Counted from the stretch's first letter, positions 30,520-41,035 are shown. The stretch is DNA of 64,000 nucleotides from a bacterium (GCA_963675295.2 CAXXKJ010000002.1:608001-672000), one strand, 5' to 3'. Translations and numbers: made by a program. Notes: a model not told the origin generated them from the sequence alone.

Positions 30520-30902
30520 TCCTTGGGACGGATGGGTCGCTTCGGGCGGCACTTTCTATAACCCTTCCTACGTGAAGAGTTTTCTTATGAAGAATGTGGA
30601 ATTTGCTGTCCGAACCGCCCTATGTGTCCCACGCAAAAATTCCCAGAAAATATATGCCACCGCGTTCGGCCCCGGGGCTCCGTAGGTACCGATCTACAGG
30701 GTATTTCCACTTGGGCCGTATCTCCACCGGCATATCGATCTGTAGATAGATTGTTATCGTATAATGCGGGCTTGTTCATTAGGTGCTGATTCCTTTGGAA
30801 TTGGGTCCACTATCGACCACCGTCTAAGTTAAAATAGGTCTAATACCACACATAGCTAGACCATCAGAGAAGTTCGAATCCTTATGATATCAGACAAAGA
30901 CC

Positions 30903-33722
30903 TCAATAGTTATATTTTTCTCTTCGTCTTCGGAAAGCTTCTTCCGTCCCTTCCATGATATCCAGAACTGCCTTGGTTACAGTAGCTCGGTCAAGTCCTC
31001 CACATGCGAGTCTTTCACCCCTCCCAGCTCGCGCTTCGAACGCATAGACTAGCTCAGCATCGCCGTTCACTGGTAGATTCGCGTTGTGCGTGGCCATGAT
31101 GAGTTGACGATTTGATTTCACCTTGCGCAGCATCGGGATCAGTTCACGATAGACAAAGTTTGAGTCCAATTCATCTTCTGGTTGATCGATGACTAGCGGC
31201 CCACCTTTTTGTGCAAGCAATAGTGCCAGTGCAGCTGTATTTCTTTGACCGTCAGAAAGTGAACCTTCGGCTATGCTACCTGCAATAGAGCCATCCGCAC
31301 GATACAGGCTCATGTCAACCGTGTCTTGAACCCGGGAGCAGCGTACACGTTGCCATTCTTCTAAATTATCCTGTAGATGCTGAAACAGGGGTTCAGTGAT
31401 CTCTCCAAAAAAATTTTGACCTTCCTGCATCTGACCCTCAAGAACCTGCCATGGGGATAGGGCGTCATCTTGATTGATGAAATAGTCGTAGAGCGTTTCT
31501 CCGCACTCTTCCCAGTTTCTTCCCAACCGTGTCCGACGATCTTGAGGCGCTAAGCTTTGCCATAGTTTTCTGAAACTTCTGTGATCCTGCTGAAACTTCG
31601 CTGAGACTTCGATGAATCGTTGTTTTCCCTCGTCAAGAACCGCGATACTGTTAGCTCGATCTGCAGCTTCGACTCGTTTGTGGTACTGCTCTCGCCATAT
31701 ATGGTGGAGGTTCAGCAATAACTTCTCAGTGTCACCAGCAGCAACCTGTAGGCTTTTGATCTCGGCCTCGGCATCATCAATTTCACGCTGCTTTTTTGCA
31801 CGTGATTCACTGATTTCCTTGAGATGACCAACATCATCCGGTGTCAACCCTTTTGCTTTACAGGCTTCACTAAAAATGGCATCAGCCTGATCCAATTCCC
31901 TCTTGATCAACTGCCATTCCGGATCGCTGGTCTTAAGCTCCTCAACCCCGGCTTCAAACTTATCCACAGCCTCACGGATTGTCTGAGCCAACTCATCCTT
32001 CGCACCCTTCACCTTTTCATCAAATGCTGTGAACCAAGCTATGTGTAATGACTCATCAGCCTGAAATGGGATGTGTGCAGCAGCCACTGATTCAGCCAAC
32101 TCGACAACATCCGTGAATTGATTGCCAGGCGTTCCTGCAAGCCCATCGAGGTATCGAGCTTCAGCCTTAAGCCGCTGATGTCTTCTTGCATCATCCTGAA
32201 TCTCACTACGAGCCTTCCATTGTCGATCGAGTTCTTGTAGCTCTTGCTCAAGCCGATTCTGGTCTTTCTCGAGCACCATTGCTTTATTTAGATTCGAAAA
32301 AGCTTCCATTACTTTGAGCTTAAGTCTGCGTTCACGATCTGCAAGCTCATCCAATTCCTTCCTGCTGAATCCGTCGATCAATTCCAGTAGACGTTGTGCT
32401 TGTCGAACACTACCCTCTGCAGCTTTTGATTCAGTTAGTTGGTTGAGCTGTTGCTGACTGTAGAAGCGCAGCGGCAAGTTATTGAAGAAGGTCTCCGGAT
32501 CAGCCAAGTCACGATCCTGCACTTTCGGGTAGCCATTTTGCCAGAGAATTTGATCTTCCACTCCATCCATACTTGCCCAGCGCACTTCAATTTCTGCACC
32601 CGACTCATTAAGAGTATTTCTAATTCGTTCGATCCGCACTTTGGTCCCGGAATCAATGTCCTTGGAATTATCTTTGCCGAGGATAATTCTCAGGTACTCA
32701 AGCAGGGTGGATTTCCCACTTCCCCGGCCGCCAATAATACAGTTCATGTTTGGAGAAAAATGAAGCTCCTGGTCAGCGAGGTATGCTACGTTCCTAATTG
32801 AAATTGACTTAATGGTAGCTTGCGGAGAGCGATGTGCGGGATGAGTGTCTGTAAGCACATCTTCAGGCAGGATAATTCGAGATTCGTGATCAAGGAATGC
32901 CTGTCGAAGTGACTCAATAGAGGGTTTCGATATTTTCAGCCAAGAATACCTGAAGCCTATACTGTTTGGATTCGGTTTTCCAGTTACGTCGAGATCTATC
33001 AACTTCTTGTTATCAGATGACATGACAGTAGCAATGGGTCGAATTCGCTTCCATTCTTCTTGACAATCATCACCGTTACGGAAGAGCTTTTGAAACCCGT
33101 CGCTCATTTGACTGACGGGTTTAGGTACCTCAACAGCCAACAGATCAGGATTTTGGTATTCCACACGCTGAAGCCATTCACTGATCTTATCATTGTCGAA
33201 TAGACTGTCGTGAAAAACATGGGGGACGATAACAATACCCCGCCAGGAACCGTCTGTATTGGGTTTCTGGACAATCTTAAGGATCTCGGGTAGGCGCTGT
33301 GTTGACTTGGCAAGCTGACCTGCTTCAATTCGCGGTCTACCGACGCCACATTCGGTTACAATGTGGTCAATGTCATCCGCACTTGTTCCTGGTTCGAAGA
33401 GACATAGCACGTGCATCCCTTTTCCAACATCTGCTTCTATCTCGAAGCCTGGAAACAGGGTAATTTTGTGTTTGTGTCTTTTCTCGATTTCGTCGAACTC
33501 AGATTGGAGGTGAGTAATAAAGTCCTTGCTGAGATAGTTGTGATCGGTAATACCAACAACGTCTAGTCGCTGTTCATAGCAAGCCTCAGCAAACGCTTTC
33601 GCAGCGACAGCATCTTGTCCACGTTCAAGGCGATCGCCTGACCAGTGCTTCACATCTGCGGGCGTGTGCATGTGCAGGTCACACTTCAACCAGCGCATTC
33701 CTTGGTATTCTGAGTCTATCAT
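30903..33722 (-). CDS. PHP-domain + SMC-like ABC ATPase (Ppl/TrlF-like defence protein)
   Basis: PHP motifs 'DLHMHT', 'ITDHN', 'PGFE'; Walker A 'GGRGSGKST'; coiled coil; 'LSDGQR', 'IDQPEDELD', 'ATHNAN'. Confidence 0.85.
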   Translation of the reverse strand: MIDSEYQGMRWLKCDLHMHTPADVKHWSGDRLERGQDAVAAKAFAEACYEQRLDVVGITDHNYLSKDFITHLQSEFDEIEKRHKHKITLFPGFEIEADVGKGMHVLCLFEPGTSADDIDHIVTECGVGRPRIEAGQLAKSTQRLPEILKIVQKPNTDGSWRGIVIVPHVFHDSLFDNDKISEWLQRVEYQNPDLLAVEVPKPVSQMSDGFQKLFRNGDDCQEEWKRIRPIATVMSSDNKKLIDLDVTGKPNPNSIGFRYSWLKISKPSIESLRQAFLDHESRIILPEDVLTDTHPAHRSPQATIKSISIRNVAYLADQELHFSPNMNCIIGGRGSGKSTLLEYLRIILGKDNSKDIDSGTKVRIERIRNTLNESGAEIEVRWASMDGVEDQILWQNGYPKVQDRDLADPETFFNNLPLRFYSQQQLNQLTESKAAEGSVRQAQRLLELIDGFSRKELDELADRERRLKLKVMEAFSNLNKAMVLEKDQNRLEQELQELDRQWKARSEIQDDARRHQRLKAEARYLDGLAGTPGNQFTDVVELAESVAAAHIPFQADESLHIAWFTAFDEKVKGAKDELAQTIREAVDKFEAGVEELKTSDPEWQLIKRELDQADAIFSEACKAKGLTPDDVGHLKEISESRAKKQREIDDAEAEIKSLQVAAGDTEKLLLNLHHIWREQYHKRVEAADRANSIAVLDEGKQRFIEVSAKFQQDHRSFRKLWQSLAPQDRRTRLGRNWEECGETLYDYFINQDDALSPWQVLEGQMQEGQNFFGEITEPLFQHLQDNLEEWQRVRCSRVQDTVDMSLYRADGSIAGSIAEGSLSDGQRNTAALALLLAQKGGPLVIDQPEDELDSNFVYRELIPMLRKVKSNRQLIMATHNANLPVNGDAELVYAFEARAGRGERLACGGLDRATVTKAVLDIMEGTEEAFRRRREKYNY

Positions 33723-33764
33723 TTTCTCCTCACAAGCCTCTTTTCCTCGCCACAACAACCTATT

Positions 33765-36700
33765 CTATCCCCGAGTTTGGTCCCTGTATTTCTTGAAATT
33801 CTGGGCCTGTTCAAAGATTTCCTTGTACACTTCGTCATGCGTAATTGGCGGATATCCATTGTCCGCCAGCAACATGATCAGATGGACCTTCAACTCCGCC
33901 TTGATGTCCTCGCGATTGTCCCAGTCGGTGTATCGGGTCTTGTCGTCCACCACTTCCTTTACAGCTTTCGAGAGGGGAATCAGCTTTTCGTCGGGATACT
34001 CGAAATCGAACTTCTTCGCAATGGCCTTCAGGATGTCATAGAAGGCCTTCTCCTCGAAGTCGATGCCCAGATCAGCGAACGACTCTTTCTCCTTCTTTAG
34101 TGCCCCGTACAGACCGATGATCTCGTCAGTGAATTCCTCCAGAACGTTACTCACCAAGACGTCCTGTTCCTTCCGCTCGTTGTACTTATCAACCAATGCT
34201 CGGAACATCTTGGCGAAGTCCGCCCCCTTGGCCTTATTGACCTTGCGGAAGTCGTCGATGGCACGCTTCAGCATCTTCTGAAGCAGTTTCAGCTTAGTGT
34301 TTGGCAGCTTGATCTTCTTGATCTTTTCGAGGAACTCTTCGTCGAATAAATCGATCTTGCTTTCCTTGCTGTCACCCAGCTTAAACACCTCTTCCACACC
34401 TTCTGCCTTGATCGCTTCCTCGATCATCTCTCGCACGCGGGCATTCATCTGTGCCAGGTCGGGGGCGTCACCTTTGGTCAGCTTGAATACGATCGACCGA
34501 ATGGCGATGTAGAAGTGAATGGTATCCCGTTCCAACTGGGTGAACGCATCGCTGTTGCAGCAGATGTCGTATGACAACTTCATCCGTTTCACCAGATACA
34601 TGAACCGCTTCTCTTGTTTCTCCGTCAATTGGATAAATTCTGCAGCCATGTTCAGACAGTGAAGCTGCTTCAGTGCATCCCCTGTGAAGTATGGGCCGGA
34701 ATCAAACTTGTGAAACATTTTGCCCAACAGGTCGAGGTGGTCCTTCACAACCACAACAGCCTGCTGAATCTCCTCGATCGTCACCCCATCACCCAGGTTG
34801 CCGTATTGGGCGAGGGCAAGATTCATCTGCTTCTTGATCCCGATGTAATCGACGACCAGACCCTTGTCTTTTCCGGCGTAACGTCGGTTCACGCGTGAAA
34901 TGGTCTGGATCAGGCTGTGCCGTTGGATGGGCTTGTCGATGTAAATCGTATCCAGGAAGGGCACGTCGAATCCCGTCAACCACATGTCTACAACAATGGC
35001 TATCTTGAAATTCGACTTCGCATTCTTGAATTGCCGGTCAAGCTCCTTCCGGTGGTCGTTCGTCCCAAGCAAATTGTACAGGGCTTCCTCATCATCCTTG
35101 CCGCGCGTCATTACCATATTGATCCGCGCCATCGGCTTGATCTTGCGCTTTTCTGCGTCGGTCAGAATTGCGCCTTCTTCACAAACCTTCACCTCGGTCC
35201 ATTCCGGGCGCAAAGCAATGATTTCCTGGTACAACCTGTAGGCAATCTCGCGGTTGCTGCACACGAACATCGCCTTGCCCTTGACCGTTGCACCTTCGAT
35301 CACCCGTGTTTCGTAGTGCTTAACGAAATCTTCGGCCACTGCCCTGATTCTGTCGGGATCCCCAATGATCGAATTCATTTGCGTATTCGCACGCTTGCTT
35401 TCCTCGATCGCGTAGTCGCTAGCGCCTTCATCCGCGCATCGGGCGTAATAGTCTTCGATCTCCTGTAGTTTCGAATTGTCCAACAGAACCTTCGCGGCCC
35501 GGCCTTCATACACGATGCGCACGGTGATCTCGTCCCTAACAGACTCTTCCATCGTATAAGCATCGACCGGTGGCCCGAACACGTCCAGCGTCGCGTCAAT
35601 GGGTGTCCCTGTGAAACCGACATAGGTCGCATTCGGCAGGGAATCGTGCAGGTACTTCGCGAAGCCATACGTCCGCTTCACGCCTTCGTCGGTTACTTTG
35701 ATCTTCTGGTCCAGATTTACCTGGCTACGGTGGGCTTCATCAGAAATGCAGATCACATTGTCACGCCGTGTCAGCAGCTTTGTGTCTTCGGTGAACTTGT
35801 GGATTGTGGTTAGGAAGACCCCGCCACTCACACGTCCATGCAGCGTTGCTACTTCTGCCCGATCGCCGTCTTCGGTTTCATCATCTAGGGCATGCCGTTG
35901 ATGGTCAGCTAATGCCTCGTCCGGCCCGCGCAGACGTTCCCTCAGCTCATCTCGGCTTTCAACGCTGATGATCTCTTCATCGCCGATGTATCCCTTCGCT
36001 GATGTGAACTGCCGCGATAGCTGGTCGTCCAGATCGGTCCTATCCGTAATCAGGACAAGCGTCGGACTGGCGAAGTCTTCACTCTTCATCAGCAGCCGCG
36101 ACAGGAACAGCATTGTGAAACTCTTCCCGCATCCGGTCGCGCCGAAGTACGTGCCCCCCTTGCCGTCACCCTGTGGACGTCGGTGTTCCTGGATGTTCGC
36201 GAAGAGCTTGCGTGCCGCGTAATACTGGGGATAGCGGCAGACGATCTTCTCTTCCTTCCGTGAGCTGTCCGGGAAGAAGATGAAATTGTGGATCACATCC
36301 CGTAGACGGGCCTTGTCGAACAACCCGTGGATCATCGTGAACAGCGAGTCGATCCCGTCCTTTTCGATCTTTTCGTCGCCTGTGACCTTGCGCCAAGTAT
36401 AGTAGAACTCATAGTCAGCGAACAGGGAACCCATCTTGTTGTTCACGCCGTCGCTGATCACGCACAGCGCATTGTACTTCAGCAGTTCAGGAATGTCCCG
36501 TCGATAGCGCGTGGTCAATTGGATGTAGGCATCGTGGATGGTTGCTTCTTCCCGGATAGCACTCTTGAATTCGAACACAACCAGCGGCAGGCCGTTGATG
36601 TAGAGAATCCCGTCTGGTATTCGCTTCTCGAATCCCTGAATCTCCAACTGATTGACGATCTTGTAGATGTTGCTGTCTGAAGGGAAGTAGTCGATCAGGT

Positions 36701-37013
36701 GGATGAACAGGTCTTTCTGGCTACGGTCCTCGCGCTTCAGCAGGAAACCATCAGACACCATCTTCATGAAGGCCTTGTTGCTTCCGTACAAATCCGACGC
36801 CGGCAGCCGTTCGATCTTTTTTACAATAAACTCGATTTCACCGTTCGTTATACCGTCATTGGTATACAGTTCTCGCAGGTACTCGCGCAGGTCATCCTTG
36901 ATCAGGACCACCTCAGGGCTGCGCAAAATTATATCGCCCAATACGTGTGGATAGCCCTGTTCGCCCAGTAGCTTGATGATCGCTTTCTCGAGCTGTTCTT
37001 CGGTGAATTTCAT
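33765..37013 (-). CDS. hsdR: Type I restriction endonuclease subunit R
   Basis: 'PDGILYINGLPLVVFEFK', 'ATGCGKS', 'DEAHRSQ', 'MWLTGFD', 'QTISRVNR'. Confidence 0.95.
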   Translation of the reverse strand: MKFTEEQLEKAIIKLLGEQGYPHVLGDIILRSPEVVLIKDDLREYLRELYTNDGITNGEIEFIVKKIERLPASDLYGSNKAFMKMVSDGFLLKREDRSQKDLFIHLIDYFPSDSNIYKIVNQLEIQGFEKRIPDGILYINGLPLVVFEFKSAIREEATIHDAYIQLTTRYRRDIPELLKYNALCVISDGVNNKMGSLFADYEFYYTWRKVTGDEKIEKDGIDSLFTMIHGLFDKARLRDVIHNFIFFPDSSRKEEKIVCRYPQYYAARKLFANIQEHRRPQGDGKGGTYFGATGCGKSFTMLFLSRLLMKSEDFASPTLVLITDRTDLDDQLSRQFTSAKGYIGDEEIISVESRDELRERLRGPDEALADHQRHALDDETEDGDRAEVATLHGRVSGGVFLTTIHKFTEDTKLLTRRDNVICISDEAHRSQVNLDQKIKVTDEGVKRTYGFAKYLHDSLPNATYVGFTGTPIDATLDVFGPPVDAYTMEESVRDEITVRIVYEGRAAKVLLDNSKLQEIEDYYARCADEGASDYAIEESKRANTQMNSIIGDPDRIRAVAEDFVKHYETRVIEGATVKGKAMFVCSNREIAYRLYQEIIALRPEWTEVKVCEEGAILTDAEKRKIKPMARINMVMTRGKDDEEALYNLLGTNDHRKELDRQFKNAKSNFKIAIVVDMWLTGFDVPFLDTIYIDKPIQRHSLIQTISRVNRRYAGKDKGLVVDYIGIKKQMNLALAQYGNLGDGVTIEEIQQAVVVVKDHLDLLGKMFHKFDSGPYFTGDALKQLHCLNMAAEFIQLTEKQEKRFMYLVKRMKLSYDICCNSDAFTQLERDTIHFYIAIRSIVFKLTKGDAPDLAQMNARVREMIEEAIKAEGVEEVFKLGDSKESKIDLFDEEFLEKIKKIKLPNTKLKLLQKMLKRAIDDFRKVNKAKGADFAKMFRALVDKYNERKEQDVLVSNVLEEFTDEIIGLYGALKKEKESFADLGIDFEEKAFYDILKAIAKKFDFEYPDEKLIPLSKAVKEVVDDKTRYTDWDNREDIKAELKVHLIMLLADNGYPPITHDEVYKEIFEQAQNFKKYRDQTRG

Positions 37014-38284
37014 GTTTTTCCACCCAAAGTGGGCATTCTAGCAAGTAGGATGTCGGTAGTCCGAGCCAGACAGGCACTTTCTTCAGCGATGATCTGTTGT
37101 TGTTTGTTGATTACTCCAGCCAGGGAATCATATGCAGCAACCACTTGATCAGCCGGAACAGGAACCAAAATCGTACGCAGGTCGCCTAGATTGATCACTT
37201 GCTGGACCGAACCAGAAGTTTCATCGGTCAAAGCATTCTTGCCTGCCCTTGACTCAAGGAAGCCCCTGACGTATAGCGTGCTGAATGATTCATTAACACG
37301 AATGAGTCCTACTTGCCTAGCAATATTCGCGCCGCGAAGACTAGTAGGCGCTATCGCCACTGCACCAGGATTGCCAACAAGCGACATAAGGATCTCACCA
37401 CCCCGAAGAAGTGTACGAGAATACTGCTCCGAGATAGCTTGGGTGATAGTGCGTAAAGCGGGAATATCCACCTTTCCATCTTTGATGTCGCCACCTCGGA
37501 CAAACCGGACTCCGTCATTGTCCAAGTCCCCTGGTTTTACTACACCGTAAGTGATCGATGATTCCTTGTCGACTAACTCCTCTAAGTGGTTGACCTTCCA
37601 CTCCTTCGGAATCTCCTGCTCGAGGATTTTGTTGTATTCCATCTCACCACCGCTGGACTTGTACGGCTGGCCTGCCAATTCTGGCTTGCCGATCGACTCC
37701 GCGTACTCGGCGGTCATCGGGAAATCGAATTCAACGAACCACTGCTTGTAGATCGCCTGTGCGGCTTCTTCCAGCTTTTCGTTGAGCCGTTCGTTCAGAC
37801 GAATACGGTCCACGACCGTCTGGTATTCTTTCACGATCTCCCGCTGCTTTGCGATGGATGGAACGGGAAGCTCAACATCACACATCTCCTCCCAACCAAA
37901 CATCTCCCGCACGCTTCCATGGGACATATATCGCGCATACCGATCAAATTCCGGTCGCCGGAACCACATCATCAGATATTCGGGTAACAGCTGGTCATGG
38001 TCGATGATCTCAAAAACGGTGTAAGACGTCGAGATGATGCACTCGGGCTCGGACAGCAAGGCTAGCGAAATCTTGTCACTGTTCCTGGAGGTAACAGGGC
38101 CGTAGGCGAACTGGTTTTCTCGCACAACTTTGTAGCGAGACATGTCAGTACCAATTGTGTTGGCAATTGACGGGATAAACTCCTTGGAAATGCTAACTCC
38201 AAGCAGCAAGTCAACTTCCAGGTCTGTGTTCCGGTACATCACCTCCCGGATGTGCGGACCGAGTTTCTTATACGTCGATTTCAT
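37010..38284 (-). CDS. hsdS: Type I R-M specificity subunit
   Basis: Two TRD halves; 'PVPSIAKQREIV', 'YKQWF..F', 'EIPKEW'; overlaps hsdM and hsdR. Confidence 0.9.
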   Translation of the reverse strand: MKSTYKKLGPHIREVMYRNTDLEVDLLLGVSISKEFIPSIANTIGTDMSRYKVVRENQFAYGPVTSRNSDKISLALLSEPECIISTSYTVFEIIDHDQLLPEYLMMWFRRPEFDRYARYMSHGSVREMFGWEEMCDVELPVPSIAKQREIVKEYQTVVDRIRLNERLNEKLEEAAQAIYKQWFVEFDFPMTAEYAESIGKPELAGQPYKSSGGEMEYNKILEQEIPKEWKVNHLEELVDKESSITYGVVKPGDLDNDGVRFVRGGDIKDGKVDIPALRTITQAISEQYSRTLLRGGEILMSLVGNPGAVAIAPTSLRGANIARQVGLIRVNESFSTLYVRGFLESRAGKNALTDETSGSVQQVINLGDLRTILVPVPADQVVAAYDSLAGVINKQQQIIAEESACLARTTDILLARMPTLGGKT

Positions 38285-39845
38285 AGCCCAGATCCTTGAA
38301 GACGTTCAGCAGTTCAGCTTTCGATTGGGCTTCGGCTCGTAGCAGTTCACCAAACTCAGTCTGTAGCACCGCCATCTTTTCATCGAAGTCGATGTTCTCG
38401 TCACGGTTGACGAATTCGATGTACTTACCCGGGACCAGGGAGTAGTCTTTGGCACGTATCTCGTCAATACCCGCCGAATAGCAGTACTCCGGTATGTCTT
38501 CATACTCATCGACAGCGCGTTCTTCCTGCCAGGTGTGAAACGTATCTGTGATCTTGGCACGGTCCTCGTCCGAAAACTGGATGTACTTCTTTTCGAACGG
38601 TTCACCCCACTGCCGCAGGTCCATGAACAGTATCTCGTCTTCCCTGTTTCGGTAGTGACGGGTCTGATCACCGCGATCTGCTGTTCGGGCTTTCTTGTTC
38701 TTGTTGATGATCCAAAGCGTTACGCTGATGTCTGTTGTATAGAACATGCTGCGGGGAAGAATCAGAACTGCCTCAACCAGTCTGTTCTCGATCAGCTTTG
38801 CACGAATCGCTTTCTCTCCTCCGTCCCCCGATAGTGCGCCGTTGGCCAGAAGAAAGCCTGCGGTACCGTTCACGGATAGTTTAGACACCATGTGAAGGAT
38901 CCAGCCGTAATTCGCGTTGCCGGTGGGTGGTACTTCGTACCCCGACCAACGGGGATCTTCGGTCAATTCATCTGCAGCGCGCCATTGTTTCAGGTTGAAT
39001 GGCGGGTTGGCCATGATGTAGTCGGCTTTCAGATCCGGATGCTGGTCGTTGGCGAACGTGTCATCAGCCTTGACGCCCAGGTTGGCCGATATACCACGAA
39101 TGGCAAGGTTCATCTTGGCCAGCTTCATCGTCGTAGTGGTGCCTTCCTGCCCGTATATGGCGACGTTCTTCGTGTTGCCCTGGTGGGTCTCAACAAACTT
39201 GACAGACTGCACGAACATACCGCCAGAACCGCAGCAGGGGTCGTAGATCTTTCCTTTATACGGCTCAATCAATTCAGCGATCAGGTTGACGATGCTCTTC
39301 GGTGTGTAGAATTCGCCTTTACCCTTACCCTCAGCCAAGGCGAACTTCTGCAGGAAGTACTCGTATACCCGACCCACAACATCCTGTGATTTGTCGGCGA
39401 GCGTGTTGATGTTGCTGATGGTATCGATCAACGCTGCCAGCTTGCTCCGATCAAGGTCAAGCCGGGAGAAGTAGTTGTCCGGCAACGCCCCCGCCAGCGA
39501 CTTGTTGTTCTTCTCGATGGTGTGCAACGCCGTGTCGATTTTCAGTGCTAGATCGTCCTGCTTGGCGTTTGCCTGGATATACGACCAGCGCGATTCTTCC
39601 GGCAGATAGAAGACGTTCTTCATGGTGTAGAATTCCACCATGTCCACGTATTGCCCCTTGCCCTCGTCGATGATTTCTTTCCGGCGTTCTTCGAACTTGT
39701 CGGAAGCGAACTTCAGGAAGATCAGGCTCAGCACAACATGCTTGTACTCAGCTGGTTCGACCGATCCGCGCAACCTGTTCGCCGATTCCCAAAGGGTTTC
39801 CTCGAAGCTCTTGCTGTTCTTCTTCGCCGTCTTCTTGTTTGCCAT
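38268..39845 (-). CDS. hsdM: Type I R-M N6-adenine methyltransferase
   Basis: 'GEFYTP', 'YDPCCGSGGMF', 'ANPPFN'. Confidence 0.95.
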   Translation of the reverse strand: MANKKTAKKNSKSFEETLWESANRLRGSVEPAEYKHVVLSLIFLKFASDKFEERRKEIIDEGKGQYVDMVEFYTMKNVFYLPEESRWSYIQANAKQDDLALKIDTALHTIEKNNKSLAGALPDNYFSRLDLDRSKLAALIDTISNINTLADKSQDVVGRVYEYFLQKFALAEGKGKGEFYTPKSIVNLIAELIEPYKGKIYDPCCGSGGMFVQSVKFVETHQGNTKNVAIYGQEGTTTTMKLAKMNLAIRGISANLGVKADDTFANDQHPDLKADYIMANPPFNLKQWRAADELTEDPRWSGYEVPPTGNANYGWILHMVSKLSVNGTAGFLLANGALSGDGGEKAIRAKLIENRLVEAVLILPRSMFYTTDISVTLWIINKNKKARTADRGDQTRHYRNREDEILFMDLRQWGEPFEKKYIQFSDEDRAKITDTFHTWQEERAVDEYEDIPEYCYSAGIDEIRAKDYSLVPGKYIEFVNRDENIDFDEKMAVLQTEFGELLRAEAQSKAELLNVFKDLGYEIDV

Positions 39846-40184
39846 CGATTTCCTTCCAGAGCCGCGATGCGGGCGTTGGTGAAAAAAGAGAATGAGTGTG
39901 ACTTGCCTTTCGGGCGAAATTGGTTCTACACGACTTACCGAAAGGAACATTTCTCACGACGAGAAAATACGGTGCTGGTTGGGAACTGTCAAACAATGAC
40001 TTAGCATCGACACTTGCGAAGCTACGCCCCTTGAACCTGCCCAACGGAATCTATTTCGTGCATGCCCGGGTCACTGATCAGCGGTGTTATGTGAAACGAG
40101 GATGGTGGTCCGAAAGGGGGTAATCGTGGAAATAATATTCCGATGGGCTAAAAAGGGGGCGACGATGATCGTCCCCTTGCTAGT

Positions 40185-40286
40185 TTACCACTTTGACTTG
40201 ATCCACTTCATCAGGACCGTTGCACCTTCAATGGCTGCTTCTGCAGCTTTACCGATTTCGCGCCAGGGGATACGTGCAATGATCAT
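40185..40286 (-). CDS. 33-aa peptide coupled to the upstream gene (absent from ORF track)
   Basis: TGATG stop/start overlap; MIIARIPWREIGKAAEAAIEGATVLMKWIKSKW*; hairpin at 40152-40178 follows. Confidence 0.5.
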   Translation of the reverse strand: MIIARIPWREIGKAAEAAIEGATVLMKWIKSKW

Positions 40287-41035
40287 CAGTTGTCCTCCCC
40301 GGATACACGGTCGCCCGGATCATCGAAATCCTGTTCCTGAATCACGCCAAACGCTTGACGACATTCTTCGCGAAGTTGCATGGCCACATCCAATTCCTGC
40401 TGCGTCACTACCCGGTCAATGCTGCACTGAACTTCCGCCCAGCGATAACCATTGCGTTGAATATCGGACAGGCTGAATCGTGTGATGACTGCAATGGCTG
40501 GCACTTTCGATCTGGCAAGCCGTTGTAGGTGATTTCGCCAGTGCTTGATACTGGTTGGACTCAAGCTGAAGACGACCAACTGTGGCTTGGTTTCCAGGTA
40601 CGTCAACACGAACAAACGTACTTTGTCCTTGGCCTGTGAAGCCAGGTGAATGGAATCGTTGCCACTGGTGATCTTGCCATCAATGGCGCTGTAGCGAGGC
40701 ACTTGTTCACCTTCTACCCACAAGGCGCTGACTGTCTGGCTGAAAACGACGATTCCGCTGAAGACGTTGTTTGGTACATCGATCTGGTCTTCCTGGTTTT
40801 CGTCGTAGGATTCGCCATTGTCGATGAACATGCGATGCCGACCGGAAGGACTGTGGTCAATGCGGACACGAACCAACGACGGTGGGATGTTTTCCATCAT
40901 CGCAGCCACTTCAGTTTCGATATCGATACTGTCCAACTGGTTAATGGCATCCAAGACAACAACGCCCGATTCATCTGAACCGGGCTTCTGTCGAGCAGGC
41001 GTACCGTTACGTGTTTTTGTGTTTTGTTGTGTCAT
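40286..41035 (-). CDS. Phage-type hypothetical protein, possibly ssDNA-binding
   Basis: Beta-rich core with 'LSPTSIK' and 'AVITRFSL', acidic C-tail; lies next to a RecB-family nuclease. Confidence 0.5.
   Translation of the reverse strand: MTQQNTKTRNGTPARQKPGSDESGVVVLDAINQLDSIDIETEVAAMMENIPPSLVRVRIDHSPSGRHRMFIDNGESYDENQEDQIDVPNNVFSGIVVFSQTVSALWVEGEQVPRYSAIDGKITSGNDSIHLASQAKDKVRLFVLTYLETKPQLVVFSLSPTSIKHWRNHLQRLARSKVPAIAVITRFSLSDIQRNGYRWAEVQCSIDRVVTQQELDVAMQLREECRQAFGVIQEQDFDDPGDRVSGEDN

Noticed and set aside
37010-38284. Phase-variable hsdS shufflon
   Set aside because: Single hsdS; no silent TRD copies, flanking inverted repeats or simple-sequence tract noticed.
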